A DNA stretch of 64,000 bases from an uncultured Desulfosarcina sp. (GCA_963674945.2 CAXXWQ010000001.1:128001-192000), one strand, 5' to 3'. Counted from the first letter of the stretch, positions 10,423 through 20,394 are shown. The notes: generated by a model not told the origin, from the letters alone. Numbers and translations are program-made.

Positions 10423-11148
10423 TCAGCTGCTGCTTTCACAAAAACGTGTCCATCCCATCAGATAAGCCGCTCCGGCGATCGTCGTGCCGTAAAAGATGAC
10501 CGGTTTGTTCACCAGAAAGTCCGGCAATGTGCCGTTGACCAGTGTCGTTCCCGTAACCAGCAGAAGATCGGCCCAGTTCTCGGCCGGTTGCGCAGCCACC
10601 GGGGCTTCGACGGTCACGCCGAATTTGTCTTTGCCGATGTTGTCCTCATCCATGTCCAAAACGCGAACGGGAAACTTGGCGGCCAGAGTTTCCACCATCC
10701 GTGGTTGAAAGCCGATGATGCTGATTTTGATGTTGCCGTAGCGGTTTTCAATGTGGTCGGCGAGGGCTTGCGCACATTGTTCGGGCCCCTTGTCACGGCA
10801 GTGCACCGTTTTCTGGATCAGACCCAGGCGCCGGAGTGCTGCATTCATGGAGGCCACGAAAATCGCCCGGCGAAAATTGTTGGTCAGCGGGGTTTTCAAA
10901 ATCGTCTCCAGGGTACCCTCGTAATCGCCGAAGCGGTCGGTAAACGCCTGGCCCAGAGCTCCGCCAATGTTTGCCTGCATCAGACGCTCTTTTCCCTTTT
11001 GGAGCGGAAAATCATTCGCCTCCGGATTGCCGATGGCCTCTTCGGTACTCAAGGCGCGGGCTCTGACCTGTACCGTTTCACCCATCAGCCCATGCCGGCA
11101 AAAAATTTCCGCGGCCTTATTCGTCAGTTCGCAATAAACGTTTTTCAT
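10423..11148 (-). CDS. DUF364-like (Rossmann-like, putative metal-chelation) protein
   Basis: GNPEANDFPLQKGKERLMQA...GQAFTD...DLLLVTGTTLVNGT...FYGTTIAG; start uncertain. Confidence 0.7.
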   Translation of the reverse strand: MKNVYCELTNKAAEIFCRHGLMGETVQVRARALSTEEAIGNPEANDFPLQKGKERLMQANIGGALGQAFTDRFGDYEGTLETILKTPLTNNFRRAIFVASMNAALRRLGLIQKTVHCRDKGPEQCAQALADHIENRYGNIKISIIGFQPRMVETLAAKFPVRVLDMDEDNIGKDKFGVTVEAPVAAQPAENWADLLLVTGTTLVNGTLPDFLVNKPVIFYGTTIAGAAYLMGWTRFCESSS

Positions 11149-11193
11149 AGGGGATGTGATCCGTTTCCGTGTCGGGCACAAATGCCAGACCCA

Positions 11194-11215
11194 TTGTCAT
11201 AAAATCCGATTGACG
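11194..11215. promoter_or_regulatory. Candidate operator palindrome in the divergent promoter region
   Basis: TGTCA-N11-TGACG between the transporter operon and the regulator gene. Confidence 0.3.
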
Positions 11216-11497
11216 TTTATAGTTGCCAATCGTATTTTGCAAGTATATCTGTTGATAGAATATTTCAAGATGTTTTTTGATTTTCTCATATGAATGAAAT
11301 GTTTTCATAACCAGTTATAATTCTAAACGAAAGGTATTATTTAGAATTCAATCATTATGAGGCATCGTTGCGTTTGAGGTGTCGAGAAGACGTTTATAAT
11401 TCCCGGTTGACATGTTTACAATATATACCCTATTGATTACAGGTAAGGTTGTTTTCGGTTATGCAATCAATAGGGTGAACTCCTTTCCGGAGGGGCC

Positions 11498-12649
11498 ATG
11501 GGACGGAAAAAGAGTCCGAAACGAGACGTCATCACCTGCAACGTCAAGGAGTTTCGGCTGAAAAAAGGCTGGTCGCAGGAGGAACTCGCCGAAAACCTGG
11601 GGCTCCGGCGTCAGGCCGTGTACGATATCGAATCCGGTCGGTACCTGCCCAACACGGCAATCGCCCTCCATCTGGCCCGACTGTTCGGCTGCCGGGTGGA
11701 GGATCTGTTTGTCGAGACCACACCGTCCGAATACACGCCGGTTCAGGTGATCGACCATGCGGTCGAACCATCCACCCGATTGGCTCTGGGGAGGGTGCGT
11801 AACCGGATGATCGGCTTTTCATTGAAAGGAAAAGAGTCAGCCCCTTTCGGCCTGCGGGCCGCCGACGGCCTGCTGGCACCGGACGGAAAAAGCGCTCAGA
11901 TTCTGATGCCGGCCGGCCACCTGGACAAGACGGTCATTTTGATGGGATGTGATCCGGCGTTTGATATTCTTGGTCAGCATGTGACCCGCCTTGCTCCTGA
12001 CGCCCGGGTTCACTGCCGTTTCGCCTCCAGCCACCGCGCCCTCGACAGCCTTTCCCAGGGGGTGGCCCATGTGGCCGGTACCCACCTTCACAACGCTGAC
12101 AAATCCGAGTCCAATGTGGAGGCGGCGCGTCAGCGAATGAAAATGTCCAGTCGGGTGTTCGGTTTTTCCATGATGGAGGAGGGGCTGATGGTGGGGCGGG
12201 GCAATCCCCTGGGGATCCGCGCCGTGACCGATCTGGCACAACCGATGGTACGTTTTGTCAATCGCGAGCCGGGCGCCGCACTGCGGGTGCTGCTGGACGA
12301 CCAATTGGAAAAAGCCGGCATAGGGCCCGATGAGATCAATGGGTTTGGGAACGAAGTGTTTTCCCACCGCGAAGGCGCCTTCCGCATTGCCTGCAACGTG
12401 GCCGACGCCGCTTTGGGGCTTCGTACCATCGCCGAGATGTTCGATCTGGACTTTGTGCCCATAACGGCTGTCCGTTGCGACCTGGTTATACCCGAAGACC
12501 TGCTCGACCACCCCACCATTCGCATCTTGCTCGACACCCTGCAATCCCATCGCCTGCACAGGGAGGTGGGCAGCCTGCCCGGCTACGACAGTTCCGTCAC
12601 CGGTCAGCTGATCGCCGAGTTGGTGTCCGCGGACGCCGCGCAAGTGTGA
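11498..12649 (+). CDS. Transcriptional regulator: XRE-type HTH plus C-terminal molybdate-binding (PBP-like) domain
   Basis: N-terminal WSQEELAENLGLRRQAVYDIESGRYLPN; C-terminal GCDPA, HVAGTHL, FVNREPGAALR. Confidence 0.85.
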   Translation: MGRKKSPKRDVITCNVKEFRLKKGWSQEELAENLGLRRQAVYDIESGRYLPNTAIALHLARLFGCRVEDLFVETTPSEYTPVQVIDHAVEPSTRLALGRVRNRMIGFSLKGKESAPFGLRAADGLLAPDGKSAQILMPAGHLDKTVILMGCDPAFDILGQHVTRLAPDARVHCRFASSHRALDSLSQGVAHVAGTHLHNADKSESNVEAARQRMKMSSRVFGFSMMEEGLMVGRGNPLGIRAVTDLAQPMVRFVNREPGAALRVLLDDQLEKAGIGPDEINGFGNEVFSHREGAFRIACNVADAALGLRTIAEMFDLDFVPITAVRCDLVIPEDLLDHPTIRILLDTLQSHRLHREVGSLPGYDSSVTGQLIAELVSADAAQV

Positions 12650-12799
12650 ACAAACCGGATCGCTTTCCGGCAACGCTCTCATAAATGGGGCGTTCAGGCC
12701 AGAAGGGCGGCGGTGCCATGATCCGACCCGTGGGGGATTGCCGATGATCATTGCTGCCGATGCCTTGACCGAACTGTTGATTACTCTTGGAGATTGACA

Positions 12800-13564
12800 A
12801 TGCGATTGAACGAGAATCTGTACTCTTTTTTCTGTGAGCGGGCGGTCCATGTCCGGGTAACATCACTGACGGTCGGGTTGCGGTACACGGCAGTGACCAC
12901 GGACGATGGCGGCATCGGCATCGCCTATACGGACACCGGCCCCGGCCACTGCTGCGGTATGGGCAAGGACTATCGGGATTTCGAAGGCCTGCCGGCGGTG
13001 GAACTGCTGGCGTGTCTCAAAGAGGGCATGCCGCTGCAACGCAGCATGGCACTGGCGCTGGTCAACGCCTTGAATTACGACGGGGCCGGCGGTCTGCCGG
13101 AGGATACCACGGACAGTATTTGGATGGATGAACTGGAAATCCGTCGCGATACCCGCGTGGCCATGTTGGGTTATTTCCGGCCGCTCATGCATAAATTTGA
13201 GCAGCGCGGCGCCCGGGTCGAAGTGCTCGACGTCGGCCAGGGTATCGGCAACCGCGACGATTTTTACCGCAAACTGGACGGATGGGCCGAGGCGGTGCTG
13301 CTCACCGCCACCGCCATTATCAACAACACCGCCGAAGAGGTGCTCGGCCGCCTGTCCCAAGGCGCAAAAGTCGCCATACTGGGACCGAGTACGCCCCTGG
13401 TGCCGCAGGCATTCGCGCATCTTCCGGTTTGCCTGCTGGCCGGCACCGTGCCGGTGGATAAGGAGGGGGTTCTCAAGGCCGTGCGGCATGGCCAGGGCAC
13501 GCCGGTCATCCACCGCTTCAGCCGCAAGGCGGTAGTCATTGTTGAGAGACCTGTTTCCCGGTAA
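12800..13564 (+). CDS. DUF364-family protein
   Basis: VGLRYTAV...GIGIAYT, ALVNAL, VLLTATAIINNT, LGPSTPL, LAGT. Confidence 0.75.
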   Translation: MRLNENLYSFFCERAVHVRVTSLTVGLRYTAVTTDDGGIGIAYTDTGPGHCCGMGKDYRDFEGLPAVELLACLKEGMPLQRSMALALVNALNYDGAGGLPEDTTDSIWMDELEIRRDTRVAMLGYFRPLMHKFEQRGARVEVLDVGQGIGNRDDFYRKLDGWAEAVLLTATAIINNTAEEVLGRLSQGAKVAILGPSTPLVPQAFAHLPVCLLAGTVPVDKEGVLKAVRHGQGTPVIHRFSRKAVVIVERPVSR

Positions 13565-14018
13565 ATTTGCGCGCGACACAATTTCACGCAAATCCGTACG
13601 GGCTTGCATCCCTGACACCTCTCCAGAAGAGGCTTTCAATCCGTTTCTGTGACGTTCCTGGTTGAGATCCCGGCGTCGATTTCCGATCAGTCTTCTTCCT
13701 GGTGACGTATAAAAATTATAAATGACAAGTAAAACATTGGGTGAAGTCTGCCCTGGGCGTTAGAAACACCATTCACGTACGATAATTGATCCAACCACCC
13801 AATCTCTAGATCACCGAACATCCCTGGGACCCTTCCGATCTCAACGACTCAACCAACAGGTCAGAGAGCAACGTGTAGAACGGCTCTATTTCGTGGTGTT
13901 CCGACAAAAGAACGCAAGGAACCAGGTTCGGACTTCCAATAAATGCCGAATTTACAAATAATGTCGTAAATACAAAGTCTTGTCACGGTCAGTGCATTGT
14001 GATATAGATTAAATCTAT

Positions 14019-15066
14019 CTGGGGTATGCACTTAAATCCAGCACATACTATATGTTGTGGCCCAGGTCATCGTCAATTGGATCGAGATTTAAATTTGCTG
14101 CCCCTTCCAAAAACGGTAACGATGCACCTTTAAGAGTACTAGCTGGGGCAGGGTCCACCATCACGGCCTGTTGGACCAGCCTGTAAAATAGTTTTCCGCG
14201 AGACACTGATGTTCTACGGTTGAACCTGAATGTGAATTCATCCAAATAGTACATCAAATGAGACGGTCTGACCGCCCCTTGATAAGTACCAAGTAACCAT
14301 CGTTTCATGAGCGACGCTACCAAATGTACAATCTTCAAGTCATGCGATGGAATCGCAATATGCTTAAATCCTTTATCGCCAAGGCTGCTATAGCCGGGCC
14401 AATCATCCGTCCTGATGGTGCTGCCTGGCTGGGCGATTTCTTGTACAAATTGAGTCAGACTATCTCCCGATGCGTCTTCGAGGTGCCAGAGTCTAATTCG
14501 CCCAATTCCTTTTCGGCCTTTATCCTCCACGGCAATACCGACCAAAGCTTTACCTTCAGCACCCCGACCGCGTTTTCCAGACTTTTTCCCACCGACATAG
14601 GTTTCATCAACTTCAACAATCCCGGACAATCGGTCACGTCCTGGACGAACCATTGCTCTTCGAAGTTTATGGAGCCATTGCCAGGCGGTATTATAACTCC
14701 CAAGGTTAAGTACTCTCTGAAGCCCAAGTGCATTAGCTCCGTACTTCTGACCTGTAATGTGCCACATAGCCCGAAACCAAAGAGACAAGGGCTTTCTGGT
14801 GCCGTGAAAAATTGTACCGGAAGTTATCGTAGATTGATTTCCACAATCAGTACAATGAAACTGGGATCGTTTAGTTCTCCACGAGGATGCAGAACCGCAA
14901 TGAGGGCAACGGAAGCCTTCGGGCCATCTAAGAGCCATCAAATAGTCAGTGCATCCAGCTTCAGAGCTAAATCGTTTTTCAAATTCTATCAACGTTCTGG
15001 GGTAATCTTCCTCCATAGACTGGTACACTATATGTTGTGGCCACTGGAGTCAAGTGCATACCCCAG
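14019..15066 (-). mobile_element. IS1595-family insertion sequence (1048 bp)
   Basis: Terminal IRs ctggggtatgcacttRaMtccag; flanking direct repeat ttaaatctat at 14009-14018 and 15067-15076. Confidence 0.92.
14048..15028 (-). CDS. IS1595-family transposase
   Basis: Zn ribbon WPEGFRCPHCG/CTDC, VEVDETYVGG, IRTDDW, YLDEFTFRFNRR. Confidence 0.93.
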   Translation of the reverse strand: MYQSMEEDYPRTLIEFEKRFSSEAGCTDYLMALRWPEGFRCPHCGSASSWRTKRSQFHCTDCGNQSTITSGTIFHGTRKPLSLWFRAMWHITGQKYGANALGLQRVLNLGSYNTAWQWLHKLRRAMVRPGRDRLSGIVEVDETYVGGKKSGKRGRGAEGKALVGIAVEDKGRKGIGRIRLWHLEDASGDSLTQFVQEIAQPGSTIRTDDWPGYSSLGDKGFKHIAIPSHDLKIVHLVASLMKRWLLGTYQGAVRPSHLMYYLDEFTFRFNRRTSVSRGKLFYRLVQQAVMVDPAPASTLKGASLPFLEGAANLNLDPIDDDLGHNI

Positions 15067-15297
15067 TTAAATCTATTTCTTTAGGAATAATTATAGAAAA
15101 AATGAATCATGCTGCCCCAATTTCAAGGCCAGCAAAGAAAATGAATTTCTATCGGTTATCAATCAAACAATGGCAATTGCATGAATTAACCTTTCTGACA
15201 TTCTTGATTGTGGCAGTATTTGAACTTCGGCAATTTTTTCTGGTTTGCGCATTTGGCTCCAACCAGTTTCCATACCAAATAGTTAGGGAACGTTTCT

Positions 15298-15582
15298 ATG
15301 ACGCTGACGAAAAACGATATCGTCGAAGAGATCCAGAACCAGATTGTTATAACCAAGAATCAGGCGCAAGAAATCACAAAAGCCCTGCTCGAGATCATGA
15401 AGTCGACAATGGAGTCCGGTGAGGACGTCCTGGTTTCCGGTTTCGGGAAATTTTGCGTAAGGGATAAGGCCGAACGGAGAGGCCGTAATCCAGCTACCGG
15501 CAAAGATGCAATTTTGCCGGCACGAAGGGTTGTGACGTTCAAGTGTTCGGATAAGTTGAGAGAAAAGGTGAATGGATTGTGA
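15298..15582 (+). CDS. ihfA: Integration host factor alpha-like DNA-binding protein
   Basis: MTLTK...VSGFGKF.V..K.ERRGRNPATG...RRVVTFK.S..L. Confidence 0.88.
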   Translation: MTLTKNDIVEEIQNQIVITKNQAQEITKALLEIMKSTMESGEDVLVSGFGKFCVRDKAERRGRNPATGKDAILPARRVVTFKCSDKLREKVNGL

Positions 15583-15665
15583 AGCAAGTGCCGGAGAGAC
15601 GCAAAAATCTTCTCATGCGTCAAATTGAACGAAAAACGCAGTTACTAAGAAAGAGATGCGGAAAA

Positions 15666-15896
15666 ATGAAAGATTTTTTAGGGGAGATTGCAAGGCAACT
15701 CGTGGATTTTCCAGATCAGGTAAAAGTAAATGAAATCGAAAGTGAACAAACGATTATAATTGAACTGTCGGTAGCCAAGGAAGACTTTGGAAAAATCATA
15801 GGGACAAAAGGCAAGAATATAAATGCCATTCGCACCATTATGACTGGAATATCAGGAAAGATTCACAAACGTGTGATTCTCGAATTAGTTGAATGA
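15666..15896 (+). CDS. KH-domain RNA-binding protein (KhpA/YlqC family)
   Basis: LVDFPDQVKV...ELSVAKEDFGKIIGTKGKNINAIRTI; ATG 15666. Confidence 0.85.
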   Translation: MKDFLGEIARQLVDFPDQVKVNEIESEQTIIIELSVAKEDFGKIIGTKGKNINAIRTIMTGISGKIHKRVILELVE

Positions 15897-15961
15897 TCGT
15901 GTTCATCTTCCTCGACACGGAAACCACCGGGAAAAAGATAGGGACGTCTCTTGCTATCTGA
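15893..15961 (+). pseudogene. N-terminal remnant of a DEDDh 3'-5' exonuclease
   Basis: ATGA overlap with the KH gene; MIVFIFLDTETTG (Exo I motif), then a stop after 22 codons. Confidence 0.5.
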
Positions 15962-16118
15962 ATAACATATTCAATCAACGTGTCTCCTGAATCAATGGTT
16001 GGAGAAACCCCGCCTTGCCAGAAAAGTTCGTATCTTCCTTGGCTGGTAATTTGCATATATACCAGTTCGGGGGTCTCCTCGAAAAGCCCGATGTATATGG
16101 GCATCAGAATGTGGTCCG

Positions 16119-16360
16119 ATGGCAAAGAAAATATGAGGGCACAACAATCGAGAATTCTAAAAGAAAGCCGTCACGCGGTTTGCCGAGAAGGATTACGGCA
16201 TCGCCATAGCATCCCGAAATCGTGCCGTCGAATACAGCGTCGTTTGCCGTTGGAAAACACGGTTTGCTGAAGATTATTAAAAAACGCCTTTGCCGGTAAA
16301 ACCAAACACCGTCCTGCCGATGAGGCGTTTCGTAAACTCCAAAAAGAACTTCAAAGCAAA
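16119..16360 (+). pseudogene. Degenerate IS3-family OrfA remnant
   Basis: MAKKI*GHNNREF*KKAVTRFAEKDYGIAIASRN...SVVCRWK, frameshift, then NAFAGKTKHRPADEAFRKLQKEL; matches the IS3 OrfA HTH plus leucine-zipper pattern. Confidence 0.5.
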
Positions 16361-16420
16361 GACCAACTACCGTCTCAACCTGTCGGTAGCGCAAAACCTT
16401 TTAATAAAGGAGATATTGAG

Positions 16421-16804
16421 ATGGGAAAAATTTTTAAAGCTTCAGTTCAATATAATGATTTGTTGGGTACAGTCGCTGCTGATATAAGTAACAAAAACAG
16501 CCCATTTAAATGGTTATCAGAAAAGAAATTGATCGACAACGGTGAACTCGTTATTGGAACCTCGATGTATTCCGGAAAGTCTCTTGGTTCGCATAAAGAT
16601 CCTGTATATGTCACTTTTTTGGTTACGGATCTAAAAAAAAACAAAAATGTACTCGAGAAGCTTGATTCCATTGACGGACCGATACAAATCAGAAAGATAG
16701 ACGTGGACATGAATCTTGCAGATTTTTTTTCATTATTTAAACGTTTTGAGGTAACACTATCAGCAAAAGGCATGATGGAAGGTCAACAGTATCGCGCCGA
16801 ATAA
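16421..16804 (+). CDS. Hypothetical protein (127 aa, low GC)
   Basis: AAGGAG RBS, clean ORF; no motif recognised. Confidence 0.7.
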   Translation: MGKIFKASVQYNDLLGTVAADISNKNSPFKWLSEKKLIDNGELVIGTSMYSGKSLGSHKDPVYVTFLVTDLKKNKNVLEKLDSIDGPIQIRKIDVDMNLADFFSLFKRFEVTLSAKGMMEGQQYRAE

Positions 16805-16899
16805 GTCGGTGAGCCACTAAAAATACGGTTGATACAGAAGAATCACTTGTTTAGGATCACCTAATTGCATTACACCACGTTCAACCGGCAACCGAGCGC

Positions 16900-17340
16900 T
16901 TTGGTTATCCAAACATTCCAAACGCTTTATCCTCAGAGGCGCTTTGATGCTTCGGATATGGAAAGCGCCTCGGATTAGACCCACCATGTACATTGATATG
17001 CTTGGAAGGACAAGCAATAAGGTGAAAGATTTCTATGATATTTTGTGAGTGCAGCCAGTTTGGGTTCGATGGGAAAACGTTATCAGAAGCCATCAGGTTG
17101 ACATTGGAGCAGCGTGGAACAGAACTTCCCGACGAAATTGTTTCCTTTTCACAGGAGTTTATCGCGGCAAAAAGAAGTCAATGGAATGCTTTTAGGAAAA
17201 AGCTCGGACAAGACCATGTTCCTGCTGAGTTCGAACATATTGTCATGACGATCAAAGAATTTATTGATCCGATAGCATCCGCCTTGGCTTCGAGGAAGCC
17301 TCCACCTTCGAGATGGTCTGCATCTGGTCCATGGGCATAG
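16900..17340 (+). pseudogene. AbiEii-like (type IV TA) nucleotidyltransferase pseudogene with internal deletion and frameshift
   Basis: N-part RFILRGALMLRIW..P..RPTMYIDMLG is joined directly to KDFYDI, then a frameshift into QFGFDGKTLSEAI...RGT...QWNAF...GPW. Confidence 0.7.
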
Positions 17341-17342
17341 TT

Positions 17343-20276
17343 ATGGATTATAAGGCATTACTCGGAAAATATACTGTTTTATTGGAAGAGGTAGAGCGAT
17401 TAAGAAAAGAAAATAGCCGTTTAAGAGCCCAACTTGAGATAGCGACGACCGAGCCTCCCGGAAATACTTCTGAAGATTTAAAAATCGTTGAAAAAACGCC
17501 TTGCGAGGAATCTATTACCTATAATTCCAAATCGGTTGTAGACAATACGTCGGATTCCTCCGATAAAATTCACCTTTTTATGTCGCTTTTTAAAGGCCGC
17601 AGTGATGTTTATGCAAAGCGATGGGAAAACAAAAACAGAGGCATATCCGGCTATTCACCTGTTTGCCTCAATCAATGGCAGGCAGGAGTGTGCAAAAAGC
17701 CCAAAATTTCCTGTTCGAAATGTGAAAACAAAGACTATGCTGCCCTGGATGAAAATGCCATTGAAAATCATCTGAGAGGGAATATCGTTGTTGGCGTTTA
17801 TCCAATGCTGCAGGATGAAACATGCCACCTCTTGGCAGTCGATTTTGACGAAGCAGACTGGCAAAGGGATATTTCCGTTTTCAGAGATGTTTGTACTGAT
17901 TTCTCTATTCCTGTCGCTGTTGAGCGGTCACGTTCAGGCAACGGTGGGCATGTATGGTTTTTCTTTGAAACACCTGTTCCCGCTGCTTTTGCACGTAAAT
18001 TTGGAACGATCCTGCTTACCACTGCCATGAACAAAAGGCATGAGATACAATTCAAGTCCTATGATCGACTGTTTCCCAGCCAGGACACCATGCCTAAAGG
18101 GGGCTTAGGTAATTTGATTGCATTGCCGTTACAAAAAGCGGCAAGAGAGACGTTCAATAGTGAATTTATCGATGAGCATTTCCAATCCTATGAGGACCAA
18201 TGGGCATTTTTATCCACAGTCCAAAAAATTTCTCACAACCGAATTGAAGAAGTTGTTTCCGAGCTTGGCGAGGGGAATGAACTGGGCGTATTGAAACAGG
18301 ATGAAGAAGAGGGTGCTGAAAAACCGTGGGAAACTTCGAAAACCAAAATCGAGTTACAGAGAGATGATTTCCCAAAGCGAATCGAAATCGTCAGAGCAAA
18401 TATGCTGTTCATCCCAAAGGAGGGGATCTCCCAAAAGGCGATGAATCGGCTAAAACGGTTCGCGTCCTTTAAAAACCCGATGTTTTACAGACAGCAAGCC
18501 ATGCGTTTGCCGACCTATGGACATCCACGGGTCATCTCCTGTGCAGATGAAACAGAAGCGTACCTGTGCTTGCCAAGAGGATGCGAATCCGAACTGGTTT
18601 CCGAACTGGAAAAACTGGGAATCGAAATCCAGCACATCGATAAAACACATCAAGGTAGAAGGATTGATGTGGAATTCAATGGCCAACTTAGAGATGAGCA
18701 ATCCTTGGCCCTCAGCCACCTGTTACAAAACGATACCGGAATTCTGTCAGGCACAACAGCATTTGGCAAAACAATTGTGGCGATTAAACTGATTGCCGAG
18801 AAAAAAGTGAATACGCTTATCTTGGTTGATAAAGTCAGCCTGCTGTCGCAGTGGAAAGAAAAACTATTGGAATTTCTGATGGTGAAGGAGCCGCTGCCGG
18901 AGCAGCCCGCCACCCCAGCAAAGAAAAGGGGGCGAAAAAAGAAAGTAAGTCTCATCGGCCAATTGGGTTCCGGAAAAAAGTCCTTGAGCGGCATTGTTGA
19001 TATTGCCGTGATGCAATCACTCAGCCGAAAAGGTGAGGTTAAGGAATGCGTGAAAAATTACGGGATGATCATTGCTGATGAGTGTCACCATGCATCGGCA
19101 TTCACCTATGAACAAATCCTAAAAACAACCAATGCCAAATACATCTACGGACTAACCGCAACGCCAACGCGAAAAGATGGGCATCATCCGATTTTGTTTA
19201 TGCATTGTGGCCCCATTCGTTATCGAGACAATCCTAAAAAGCAGGCAGAGAAAAGACCGTTTGACCATTACATCGTTCCCCGTTTCACGTCGTTGCGGGT
19301 CCCGCTGGATAAAGACGAGCAAGAAGTATCCATCCAGCAATTGTACACCGAGATCATGGAAAGCGATTTTCGGAATCAGCAGATTGTTGATGATGTGCTG
19401 AACAACTATCATCAGGGCAGGAACTGCATTGTATTAAGCCTCAGAACCACCCATGTTGAATCACTCGCCAAAAGACTGAAGGAAAAGGCTACGGACGTTT
19501 TTGCCCTGATGGGCGGAATGGGGAAAAAAGCCACTCGGGAACTCTTTCAACGCATCGCTGACATTCCTGCCGACAGAAATATCATCTTGGTGGCCACCGG
19601 TCATTTTATCGGAGAAGGCTTCGACGAACCACGTCTCGACACTCTCTTTTTGGCCATGCCGATATCATGGAAAGGTACTTTGCAGCAATATGCCGGAAGG
19701 CTCCACCGATTGTATGAGGCAAAAAAAGAGGTTAAAATTTACGATTATGTGGATATCCAGGTAAAGATGCTGGAAAAGATGTATCAAAAACGGCTCAATG
19801 GATACGCTTCCATGGGATACAAGGCCAAAGGCGAGGAAATAGATGACACACCTTTGGATATCATCTTTGATAAAGATAATTTTCTGCCTGTTTTCAATCA
19901 GGATATCAACACCGCAGAGAAAGAAATTTTAATTGTAAGTCCGTTCGTCAGAAAAATGCGCACGCTTCAAATGACGAAACACCTGAAAGTGGTATTGGAA
20001 AAGAATGTCCGTATATTAGTGGTTACCCGTCCTAAAGAAGATTTTAAACCGAAAGATCAGGCCACCATCCAACGGACATTGAACCTGTTAACAGATTGTG
20101 GAGCCAATGTCGTTTTCAAATCCAATATCCACCAAAAATTTGCGGTTATGGATCAAAAGGTCGTGTGGTACGGTAGCATCAATCTGTTGAGCTATGGGAG
20201 TGCCCAGGAAAGCATCATGCGAATAGAAAGTGCCCATATCGCGAACGAATTGGTGAAGAGCATAGAAAGGGCATAA
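17343..20276 (+). CDS. Fusion of an archaeo-eukaryotic primase-like domain (TOTE-type), SF2 helicase and C-terminal PLD-type nuclease
   Basis: AEP motifs AVDFD, ERSRSGNGGHVW, NLIALP; helicase motifs TAFGKT, DECHH, GLTATP, GEGFD, QYAGRLHR; PLD motif HQKFAVMD...YGSINL. Confidence 0.85.
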   Translation: MDYKALLGKYTVLLEEVERLRKENSRLRAQLEIATTEPPGNTSEDLKIVEKTPCEESITYNSKSVVDNTSDSSDKIHLFMSLFKGRSDVYAKRWENKNRGISGYSPVCLNQWQAGVCKKPKISCSKCENKDYAALDENAIENHLRGNIVVGVYPMLQDETCHLLAVDFDEADWQRDISVFRDVCTDFSIPVAVERSRSGNGGHVWFFFETPVPAAFARKFGTILLTTAMNKRHEIQFKSYDRLFPSQDTMPKGGLGNLIALPLQKAARETFNSEFIDEHFQSYEDQWAFLSTVQKISHNRIEEVVSELGEGNELGVLKQDEEEGAEKPWETSKTKIELQRDDFPKRIEIVRANMLFIPKEGISQKAMNRLKRFASFKNPMFYRQQAMRLPTYGHPRVISCADETEAYLCLPRGCESELVSELEKLGIEIQHIDKTHQGRRIDVEFNGQLRDEQSLALSHLLQNDTGILSGTTAFGKTIVAIKLIAEKKVNTLILVDKVSLLSQWKEKLLEFLMVKEPLPEQPATPAKKRGRKKKVSLIGQLGSGKKSLSGIVDIAVMQSLSRKGEVKECVKNYGMIIADECHHASAFTYEQILKTTNAKYIYGLTATPTRKDGHHPILFMHCGPIRYRDNPKKQAEKRPFDHYIVPRFTSLRVPLDKDEQEVSIQQLYTEIMESDFRNQQIVDDVLNNYHQGRNCIVLSLRTTHVESLAKRLKEKATDVFALMGGMGKKATRELFQRIADIPADRNIILVATGHFIGEGFDEPRLDTLFLAMPISWKGTLQQYAGRLHRLYEAKKEVKIYDYVDIQVKMLEKMYQKRLNGYASMGYKAKGEEIDDTPLDIIFDKDNFLPVFNQDINTAEKEILIVSPFVRKMRTLQMTKHLKVVLEKNVRILVVTRPKEDFKPKDQATIQRTLNLLTDCGANVVFKSNIHQKFAVMDQKVVWYGSINLLSYGSAQESIMRIESAHIANELVKSIERA

Positions 20277-20353
20277 TCTGAATAGGTGGTTCGCTGAGTG
20301 GATGAAGTGGTAACTTTTGGGTATTGTCGATTATAGGTTGATAACTATTTGAT

Positions 20354-20390
20354 AAAAAAATAAACCCGGCCAATTTTGACCGGGTATTTT
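20354..20390. terminator. Likely bidirectional intrinsic terminator between the helicase gene and the tRNA
   Basis: acccggcc-aatttt-gaccgggt stem flanked by A and T tracts. Confidence 0.7.
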
Positions 20391-20394
20391 AGTT

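Noticed and set aside
13565..14008. Integrase or attL for the tRNA-Asn island
   Set aside because: No recombinase motif and no copy of the tRNA 3' end found by eye
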